DNA of 12,807 nucleotides from Myxococcota bacterium (lineage in GTDB: Bacteria; Myxococcota_A; Bradymonadia; UBA7976; UBA1532), in the NCBI GenBank assembly GCA_036337435.1, contig JAYZEG010000078.1:1-12807 (forward strand), in the 5' to 3' direction. The notes beneath the pieces were generated by a model that searched no databases, had not been told where the DNA came from, and saw only the letters and a list, made by a program, of their open reading frames with translations. The position numbers and the translations under genes were made by a program. Each line of letters opens with the position of its first letter. Positions within the stretch are counted from its first letter, which is position 1. Positions 1 through 7,761 of this stretch are shown here, one piece after another.

Positions 1-71
1 CCTATCCAAACGTCGCATGTGACCGGGTCGAACAACGGCCGGTCATCGTTCCATTTCCGAGGGTCACTTCG

Positions 72-1013
72 ATGGTATTTCAACTGCCAATATTCCTTGT
101 ATTCGCAGCACTTTCCAGCTGGTTTTTTCCCAACGCAAACCGAGTCGTATTAACAGAATCGCTGAACGGTCAAACCGTGCGCACGATTCACATCGAAAAA
201 GACCCTGCCAAAGGGATTCATTCGGTCAAATTAGTCCCCATTGGGCAGACGTCTGACCAAGCAACCCGGCTGGCAGAATTCAAGAGAGCGGAAAGCCAAG
301 TCACGTGGACCATCGGTCAAGGGTCGAGTGCCATTCAAAAAGTGATGAATCTAGGGGATAAGATCGCCCAGTTCTCAAGCTTGAGTCCAGACAGCAGCGC
401 GACCATCAACGTCGAAGGCTTGGGCACCTTTAAGGTGAGCCGTGAAAAGCATGGCATCCACCTCACTCATTCGAGCGGTCAGAGTTATCGATTCAAAGTG
501 CAAACTGGAGCCGACTCACCACAAGGAAAGACCGAGGTCAAAGTCCAGACATCGGGCCAAAAGAAGGGGTGGCGAGTCTATCCTAAAAGCCTGACTTTAA
601 ATGACTACGATCCAAAGATGGCCGCATCCGAGCCGGGCATGTCAGTTCTGGCTTTAGTCAATGATCTCAAAACCCAACCGAGCAAGGGACGATTGAGGTT
701 ATCAAAGACAATGCCAACCGAGCGGCGCGCTGCATTTGAGGCCCATGCTGAGTCGCTCGGTCAGCGCATTCAATCCGTAAACGTAAGCGCTTATTTGAAA
801 CACGATGATGTCGAGGCTCAAACCCCACGAATGGTAAAATTGATCAAACCACTCATGGAGACGTTCGGCCCCGCTGACACAGTCGTTTTTGCGGAATTCA
901 ATGACGCGTCAAAAGATGCATTCATCCTGCTCGATTACGTGAATGGGACTTACACGGTCAAAGCCGTAATTTCCCGCTTCGCATCAGAATTGATTCCGAA
1001 CCAAAAGAACTGA
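72..1013 (+). CDS. Hypothetical protein, probably exported (313 aa)
   Basis: Long ORF with a hydrophobic N-terminus (MVFQLPIFLVFAALSSWFF) and an SD-like GAGGG at about 59-63. No family recognised. The frame is also open upstream to the window edge, so the start is not certain. Confidence 0.7.
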   Translation: MVFQLPIFLVFAALSSWFFPNANRVVLTESLNGQTVRTIHIEKDPAKGIHSVKLVPIGQTSDQATRLAEFKRAESQVTWTIGQGSSAIQKVMNLGDKIAQFSSLSPDSSATINVEGLGTFKVSREKHGIHLTHSSGQSYRFKVQTGADSPQGKTEVKVQTSGQKKGWRVYPKSLTLNDYDPKMAASEPGMSVLALVNDLKTQPSKGRLRLSKTMPTERRAAFEAHAESLGQRIQSVNVSAYLKHDDVEAQTPRMVKLIKPLMETFGPADTVVFAEFNDASKDAFILLDYVNGTYTVKAVISRFASELIPNQKN

Positions 1014-1306
1014 GGCTGTAATACCCGCCACGGCCCCCAGCCAAAGACAAACCTATCCCGTCGACGGCGAACGCGCCGATGCAATCTTGGCCCTGTCCTG
1101 TTGCAGACCCCGCAGCATCTTCGCTATTCTTCACTCGCTCGAGTGTGGGTGTGCAGTGTAGATTTATGAAATAAACCCGTCAACACTGGGCCGACGAAGC
1201 CAATCATTTGAGTCTATTTCACCCAGTGACCGACTTTCGGCATGTGAAGCTGGGCGCAGAGCATAACTAGACGCTGAGGTGACTGAGGCCCTCGAAGGAA
1301 AACGGA

Positions 1307-3184
1307 ATGGTCCAAGTGAGACCGACCATATTGTCAGGACTGGTTGCCCTCATCTCACTGAGCATGATCGCCTGTGAAGACGCGCCATCAACGGAGCAAG
1401 AGCTGCCAGCGCAAGTACCCATCGATGGAGTCCAAAGCGACGATGCGCTTGAAGGGCGCGGGTTTCGTGCGCTCACGCCGAGAGAACGAAACAACACCTA
1501 TCGAGATTTGCTGGGACTCCCCCATTCCGCCAGCGACTGGCCCGACCGCCCGATCGCTGCAGCGCGATTCGCGACATTGCAAAACCGAGCCGGTGTGTTC
1601 GGAAGCCAAGTTCAGCCCTCTGTCTGGCCATGGGTCTTTCCGACAGAGAACGGCGTCGATGGATTTGAAGGCTTTGTCGACGGACAAAATCCCTCAGCGT
1701 ATGACTTGGAAGAGGTCCAAAAAGCAGCACTGCACTTCGCCGGCTATGCATTGGTGTCACCGATTTTCTTCACGTGTCAGTCCTGGCAAGACCTCGACGA
1801 TGCAGCCAAACAGAGCTGCGCCAAGGAGAGCATTGAGCGCTTCGCACAGCGTGCTTGGCGGCGGCCAATTACGCCGGACGAGGCCACCCATCTGTCGAAT
1901 CTGTGGTCGAGCCTGTCGGTACGCCATAATGTGGACGAGACCATCGTGCTCGTGGTCGCGGCCATTTTACAGAGTCCTCAGTTTTTGTTCCTCGTGCCCA
2001 TCCACGAGCAGAGCCAAAGTAACGTCCGATTGCTGGGTCCGTGGGAGGTGGCTGCTCAACTGTCTTATTTCCTATGGGACACCATGCCAGACCAGGCTCT
2101 TTTCGCCGCTGCAGCACGAGGCCAGCTGGCGACGAAAGAGCAACTTATGGACCAAGCCCGTCGGATGCTCGCTGACCCGAAGGCTCGCCCGGCCATCGTT
2201 CATTTCCACCAGCAGTTGCTTCACCTAAATCGCGTCTTATCAGTCTCGCCGGCGCGGCGCGTCTACGGACCTGCATTTGGCATCGAGCCTGAGCCACCAC
2301 TCGACACCACTGGGGACGGCGTTTGGCCAGGCATCCTTGGCCCCCTGCGACACTCCTTTGCTGCTGAAGCTCACTTGTTTATCGAGACGGTCATTTTCGA
2401 TGGAGACGGCACTTTCTCATCGCTGCTGACCAGCGATCAGGGATTTATGTCGACCCAGTCGGCAGGCGTCTACGGACCCAATGTCACAGCGATCACAGGC
2501 CCCATCAAACGATGGCCATACGGCAACGTCGAATTTTCTCAAGCAAGACGGCGGGTTCTCGAACTCCGACCCATCCGGTTTCCGGCCGGCGAGCGAGCGG
2601 GCCTGATGACTCTGCCCGCCATTCTCGCCATCAACGCATACCCAGTTCACCCAGCCCCAATCTTGCGCGGAAAAACCGTCTTGGAACGACTCGGGTGTCA
2701 GGTTCTGGGGGCACCTATTCCCGGGGCAGAGGCCTCCATGCCGCCCGATTCTGAAGGTGCGGAATTAACCAATCGAGAACGCACCACACTCGCGACTCAT
2801 CCACCAGCATGCGACGCGTGTCACGCCAGCATGAACCCACCTGGATTTGCCTATGAATCCTACGATTCCCTCGGTCGGTATAGGACGCAAGACAATGGCT
2901 TCGATGTGGATTCGAGCGGCTCCTTTATGCTGCAAAATGGAGAAGAGTTCACCTTCGACAATGCACTTGAGCTTGGCCAACAGCTGGCGAATAGCCATCA
3001 AGTTCGCGATTGCTACGTCAGCCGATGGGTCAAGTATGCAATTGGCCTTGAGCTGGCTTCATCAAATCAAGGTCTCCTGGATTTACAAGCCGCGTTTAGA
3101 CAGGACGATAATATTATCGAGCTTCTGGTGTCTATCGTTGCGACGGACGCATTCCGCCTCACACGGAGGAGTACAAGGCAATGA
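1307..3184 (+). CDS. DUF1592/DUF1588-family (PSD/PSCyt3) c-type cytochrome lipoprotein
   Basis: Lipobox MIA-C23. RALTPRERNNTYRDLLG (DUF1587-like); FAQRAWRRP and ILQSPQFLF (DUF1595-like); EVAAQLSYFLWDTMPD and QARRMLADPKA (DUF1592); RAGLMT, PILRGK and CDACH (DUF1588, heme motif at 2810-2824); YDSLGRYR and a DUF1585-like C-terminus. SD-like AAGGA upstream. Confidence 0.9.
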   Translation: MVQVRPTILSGLVALISLSMIACEDAPSTEQELPAQVPIDGVQSDDALEGRGFRALTPRERNNTYRDLLGLPHSASDWPDRPIAAARFATLQNRAGVFGSQVQPSVWPWVFPTENGVDGFEGFVDGQNPSAYDLEEVQKAALHFAGYALVSPIFFTCQSWQDLDDAAKQSCAKESIERFAQRAWRRPITPDEATHLSNLWSSLSVRHNVDETIVLVVAAILQSPQFLFLVPIHEQSQSNVRLLGPWEVAAQLSYFLWDTMPDQALFAAAARGQLATKEQLMDQARRMLADPKARPAIVHFHQQLLHLNRVLSVSPARRVYGPAFGIEPEPPLDTTGDGVWPGILGPLRHSFAAEAHLFIETVIFDGDGTFSSLLTSDQGFMSTQSAGVYGPNVTAITGPIKRWPYGNVEFSQARRRVLELRPIRFPAGERAGLMTLPAILAINAYPVHPAPILRGKTVLERLGCQVLGAPIPGAEASMPPDSEGAELTNRERTTLATHPPACDACHASMNPPGFAYESYDSLGRYRTQDNGFDVDSSGSFMLQNGEEFTFDNALELGQQLANSHQVRDCYVSRWVKYAIGLELASSNQGLLDLQAAFRQDDNIIELLVSIVATDAFRLTRRSTRQ

Positions 3185-4578
3185 TACATCGACGTACATT
3201 TCTTGAACGCATGGGTCTACTCGGACTGGGATTCGGACTCGGTCGTCAAGGGCTTTCAAAAGCGCTAGCACAGTCCAACACAAACGCGCCGCCAAAAAGA
3301 CTGGTCGTGATTTCCCATTGCCATGGCTGGCCGTATTCCAGTTGGAGAATGAGGCCGTCTGGTCTCTCAACCGAGAGGCCTTGGCACGTTGAGCTCAACT
3401 CGATTTCAGCCGACCAATGGAGTAAACCGCTCGCGCCACTTCACAGGCACAGGTCGGCTTTAGTTGCCATCGACGGCTTGTCTTTGGCCACTGCTGAGCT
3501 CGACATGGATGGAAATCGCCACGACACGGGCTGGATTCATGCGTGGACAGGCGGCTGGGCTGATTTCAGCGGTGCTGACACACGGTCCACGACAGCCTCA
3601 CTCGACCAGCTTGTCGCACGACAAATTGCACGCGTCGACCGACTGCCGTCCTTGGAACTCTCCCTGGACGATTCTGGGGAGAATGGACGACCGGTTAGTT
3701 ACGGTCAAAATGGGTTACGGTTACCTGTGGAATCGGATCCAGCTCGCGCATGGCAACGTCTTTTCGGTGCCCAAAATAGCCGATACGCCAATGAGCGCAG
3801 CATCGCCGAGACAATGCGCTATGCCTTCCAAGAATTTCAATCCATTTCACCACGCTTGGACGCGCGAAGCCGAATCAAACTTGATGCGCATTTTGACCTC
3901 CTCAACCAGCTGAAAGGGCGTCTTGAGGGCATGGCCAACGTACAATGTCCGACGGGACCCGATTCCCCGTCTACACCGGTCAATTACGACCAAAAATTCG
4001 ATGCAATGTCCGAGTTGATTGGGGCGGCATTTGCCTGCGATATCACTCGCGTCGTCTCCCTGTCTCTCGGTGAATTGCCCACACGCGATTTCGGCTGGAA
4101 TCATCTGACCGATGACGTCCACAAAGGCTTGGCCCACGGCATTTATGATGATCCAGTTAAACACACGGCCATGACCGACTATCTCCACCATCACAGCATG
4201 CAAGTCGCGCGTCTTGTAGACCTATTGGCAGGCTTACCTGACACCAACGGAAGCGGGTAAATCTTGGACAATACATTGATTGTGTGGGGGTCAGAATTAG
4301 CCGATGGATGGCATGGCTATCAGCATTACTGTCCGGTTTTAATCGGTGGCAGCTGGCATTACAACACAGGTCAGTATCACTATTTTCCACATGAAACACC
4401 CATCAGAATTTTGACTCGCGACGGATACACAGAACGTTCCGGACTGCCCCACCAAAAAATGCTGGTGAGCGTTGCGCAAGCGATGGGGATCGCTGTAGAT
4501 GAGATAGGTCTCAGCCACGTGCAAACGCAAAACGGGCATCGACTCGATATTTCTGGGTCCCTTGCCGGTCTTACATAA
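3181..4578 (+). pseudogene. DUF1552 (HXXSHH-family) Tat-exported protein interrupted by an in-frame TAA at 4258-4260 (nonsense mutation or sequence error)
   Basis: Tat signal MIHRRTFL; motifs PKRLVV, SLDQLVA, SLEL, DPARAWQRLFG, KLDAH and AFACDITRV. After the TAA the same frame continues with ILDNTLIVWGSE, PVLIGG and MLVSVAQAMG, the typical DUF1552 C-terminus. ATGA overlap with the upstream gene. The ORF-track entries 3181..4260 and 4264..4578 are one gene. Confidence 0.8.
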
Positions 4579-4590
4579 GGAGCTATCAAA

Positions 4591-5355
4591 ATGACTCGGA
4601 TTCTGCCTTTTATCGCCGTCTTTGGCTTCATTTTCGGCGCGTGTACGAAGGACGCCAGTTTGGCAGACAACGATGGCATGCTGGATCAAGGCATGGACAC
4701 CGTTTCCAATGTCGACGGCGGGTGTGGCTCAGAGCCTATACCATGGTGGTGTACAGAGGCGGATGCCAGCATGCAGACCGATGTTGATGACGCATCGACT
4801 GTCAATGACGCATTCACGGAGAAACCCGATGCAGGCGATAAGGGAGACGGCAAGCAATTTAATGGATGGATAGGCGATCGAGAGACCGTCACTTACACCC
4901 GCTATGCCGACGAAGCCCTTGTTTGTGAACTCACTTATCCCTTGTTAAATGTTCGTGACGTCGATGCATGCGACGCGTGTGGCTTCGCCCTCGAGGCAAC
5001 CTTGGGAGAGGTCATGGCCGTGACCAACGATGGCAGTTGCGATGAACAAGCGGGCCGTGAAGGCGATGTTGTCGGCTTCGGTCATGGCACGAGTGAACTG
5101 AGCCAGGGGGTCAATGAACTCTGGATTTACAAGGGCGCTCAATGGGTCCTCGCCGTCGGAAGCTACAGCATATTTGCCGAGGATGCTTGGACATACTATT
5201 GGCTTGATCTAGGCGATGACCCTGGGTCTACACAGCCCCAAGGAATGGTCTGCCCTCAAGATTTTGATCCAAGTGAACCCTGTGCCCCAGAAGAAAAATG
5301 CCTGCTCAATGGAACCTGGTATTACTGCGACGGCGGTGCTTGGATGCAATTCTAG
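4591..5355 (+). CDS. Acidic, cysteine-rich lipoprotein of unknown function
   Basis: Lipobox FGA-C18. SD AAGGAG at 4577-4582 overlaps the upstream stop. Asp-rich linker, central domain with CDAC-G-F, and a C-terminal 4-Cys aromatic-rich module. Confidence 0.8.
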   Translation: MTRILPFIAVFGFIFGACTKDASLADNDGMLDQGMDTVSNVDGGCGSEPIPWWCTEADASMQTDVDDASTVNDAFTEKPDAGDKGDGKQFNGWIGDRETVTYTRYADEALVCELTYPLLNVRDVDACDACGFALEATLGEVMAVTNDGSCDEQAGREGDVVGFGHGTSELSQGVNELWIYKGAQWVLAVGSYSIFAEDAWTYYWLDLGDDPGSTQPQGMVCPQDFDPSEPCAPEEKCLLNGTWYYCDGGAWMQF

Positions 5356-5599
5356 TCGGTTAGAACTGGAGCCCCGACACCAGGCCGTCAATCCCTCCAA
5401 TGCCTTTATAAACGCTGATTCATGGGGCCGTGCCACCGGCCTCGATTCGTGCAGCCAGGGTTACCACCATTGTTAACTTGCAAAAGCACGGATCTCCGTC
5501 CTATCGTATTTGAAGGACATCGTTGATGGCCAGAAGACAGGCGCACTGAATCACACCAAAGTGAACGGTTACGTTCCGGAGACACTCTAACTGGTCGGT

Positions 5600-7597
5600 T
5601 TGTCAATGACACATGCAACCAAAAATGGCCCACTCCGTCTGAGTGGCAGCGGTCTCCATGCATGGGCGGCATTGCTCGTCTTACTGATCGCTGGCCCCGC
5701 TTTAGCGGATCCCCAACGGACGTTGCGCGTCACAGCAGCTGAAGAAGACCTCAACTGCGGATTTTATATCGATTCCTACGAAGATCCCGATGGACGATTG
5801 ACCATAGATGATGTCAGCCATCCCGACTTTTCTGATCGCTTTGAATCCGGTGGCCAAGACGACTTTCGACGCGGGCTCTCGAGTAGCCGCTTCTGGGGAC
5901 GCATCAAGCTCAAGAATGAAAGCGGCAAGAATGATTGGTTTTTTCTTATCGACTATCCCCTGCTCGACGACGTTCAAGTTTTCTTGAAAATCGATGGTAA
6001 GGTCACGCGAGTTGGCCAATCAGGCGACCAGCATCTCTTTTCGACAAGGCCAATCGGCGTCTCCCATCTGCTTTTTCCGTTGAGACTACAAGCCTCGTCA
6101 GAGGCCACCCTATTTTTTTCTATTCAAACCGAAGGCGCGATGCTCGTGCCCGCGCGGCTGATCTCATCGACGAAGGTTCTGACGTGGCTGTCCCATCGAC
6201 AAACATTCCTAGGGCTTTATTTCGGTTTAGTCGGCCTTCTCGTCCTCTATGGCTTCGTCTTTTTCTTCTATTTTCGCCGCGGCCATTATCTGGTGTTCAC
6301 AGGGTTATGTGGCGCACAATTGCTTTGGTTGCTTGGCGAAAGTGGTCTTTTGTATCAATACCTCTTTCCTCATTCACCAGAGGCGATGAACATCGTGATG
6401 GTCATCGCACTCACGTGCATCGCCTACCTGGGCTTCCTACTCGATGAGATCTTTCTCCGTCGGGCACTCACCAAGGGTGAAAAAAAGATCTTGCTGTATA
6501 GCAAAAACGCCACATTACTCTGTGTTTTGGCCGGGGCTTTCTTACCCTATGGGTCTGCTGTCAGAATGGCTATTGGCTTGCAGATGTACTACATGTTGGT
6601 GTCATTTTGGCTGGCTCTTTTCGCATTAATTCGGGGCTATCGGCCTGCGCGCATTTTCTTTCTGGCGATCTGCTGTGCTGTTTTCGCCGGGCTGATCATC
6701 TTGCTTCGGTCCATCGGTGTCATTCCCCTCAATGGGCTCAGTCTCCATGGACCGATGATCGGCGTCGGTGCATTTACTTTGATGATGTCACTCGCACTCA
6801 CCGACAAGATCAACCTGATTTTGCGCGAGCGACAAACATTGAGCGAATCTTTCGAAAAATTTGTACCTAAAACGCTGGTCAAAGAGCTGATCAAGAACGG
6901 ACAGGTTGCCCGCCTCGGGGGAGAAAAACGAACCGTTACGATTCTTTTTTCCGATATCCGCGGCTACTCAACCATCATCGAGACGCTGGATCCAGCCGAC
7001 GTCGTGAAGCTGATGACCAGTTACTTCGATGCAATGCAAAATGTGATTGAGAGCTACGGAGGGGTGGTTTTGGAATTCACGGGTGATGGCATTCTCGCTG
7101 TGTTTGGCGCACCGACAGATTTGCCTAATCATCCTGAATGTGGGCTGCGCTGCGCCATGGCCATGCGACAGAGTATAGACCGGCTTAACCAATATTGGCG
7201 TCAGACGCAAATCTTCCAGGTCTCAAAACAATTCGGGATAGATCGGCTTTTCAACCGCATTGGCTTGCACAGTGGGGTCGTCATCGCCGGGAATTTAGGC
7301 AGCCGCGAAACCATGAAATATGGAGTGGTCGGAGATACAGTCAACGTCGCCGCGCGCCTGGAAGCACTCAACAAAGACCTAAAGACCGATATTTTACTCA
7401 GTCAGGACACCTGGGCCGAACTCCCGACGGACCTCAAGGAAGTGACCGCAACGGAGGGCTTGCATATCCTCAAAGGGCGCAAAGACCAAATCGAAGTCTA
7501 CAGTATCGACGACGACATCGACGTCAGCATGGATGGCTCCGTCATCGCGTTTGCACCCAATCAAGAGTTTGAATGGTGGAATGAAGACGACATCTAG
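5600..7597 (+). CDS. Membrane receptor class III nucleotidyl cyclase (7TMR-DISMED2 + 7TMR-DISM_7TM + cyclase), predicted guanylate cyclase
   Basis: Signal peptide ending ALA-D. DISMED2-like motifs (YEDPDGRLTIDDV, FWGRIKLKN, IDYPLLDDV, SGDQHLFSTR). About seven hydrophobic segments including GLYFG, GLLYQYLFP and GYRPARIFF. Cyclase motifs TILFSDIRGYS, EFTGDGILAVFGAP, RIGLHSG, GNLGS, YGVVGDTVNVAARLE and LKGR. The true start may be the ATG at 5606. Confidence 0.92.
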   Translation: MSMTHATKNGPLRLSGSGLHAWAALLVLLIAGPALADPQRTLRVTAAEEDLNCGFYIDSYEDPDGRLTIDDVSHPDFSDRFESGGQDDFRRGLSSSRFWGRIKLKNESGKNDWFFLIDYPLLDDVQVFLKIDGKVTRVGQSGDQHLFSTRPIGVSHLLFPLRLQASSEATLFFSIQTEGAMLVPARLISSTKVLTWLSHRQTFLGLYFGLVGLLVLYGFVFFFYFRRGHYLVFTGLCGAQLLWLLGESGLLYQYLFPHSPEAMNIVMVIALTCIAYLGFLLDEIFLRRALTKGEKKILLYSKNATLLCVLAGAFLPYGSAVRMAIGLQMYYMLVSFWLALFALIRGYRPARIFFLAICCAVFAGLIILLRSIGVIPLNGLSLHGPMIGVGAFTLMMSLALTDKINLILRERQTLSESFEKFVPKTLVKELIKNGQVARLGGEKRTVTILFSDIRGYSTIIETLDPADVVKLMTSYFDAMQNVIESYGGVVLEFTGDGILAVFGAPTDLPNHPECGLRCAMAMRQSIDRLNQYWRQTQIFQVSKQFGIDRLFNRIGLHSGVVIAGNLGSRETMKYGVVGDTVNVAARLEALNKDLKTDILLSQDTWAELPTDLKEVTATEGLHILKGRKDQIEVYSIDDDIDVSMDGSVIAFAPNQEFEWWNEDDI

Positions 7598-7710
7598 GGT
7601 TCGGTGGGCACACAAGACCCCCCGGGGAAAAGCCTCATTCCCATAGCGATGCCCATGAACATCCAACCACTGTCGATCGGGTGATATGATCACGGCCAAC
7701 ATCGTGTTAG

Positions 7711-7742
7711 ACTCTCCACATACACTGTAACTCTCCAAATAC
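7711..7742 (+). repeat. Direct repeat ACTCTCCA(C/A)ATAC x2, period 19 nt, upstream of the cNMP-binding gene
   Basis: Copies at 7711-7723 and 7730-7742 match at 12 of 13 positions. Confidence 0.55.
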
Positions 7743-7761
7743 TTAAATCGGAGTGGCTTAA

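Noticed and set aside
1374..2228. 284-aa overlapping ORF in another + frame
   Set aside because: It lies wholly inside the DUF1592 gene and has the Arg/Ser/Pro-rich composition of a shadow frame.
4258..4260. Selenocysteine, pyrrolysine or alternative genetic code at the internal stop
   Set aside because: The codon is TAA, not TGA or TAG, and TAA terminates other genes in the window normally.
4264..4578. Independent 104-aa gene
   Set aside because: It is the in-frame C-terminal part of the DUF1552 protein, with a TTG start and no convincing SD.
4969..4983. Heme c site in the 4591..5355 lipoprotein
   Set aside because: The motif is CDACG and lacks the His of CxxCH.
7679..7695. CRP-type site upstream of the cNMP gene
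   Set aside because: The GTGA and TCAC half-sites are 5 nt apart rather than 6, and the outer T/A bases are missing. Kept only as a generic palindrome.
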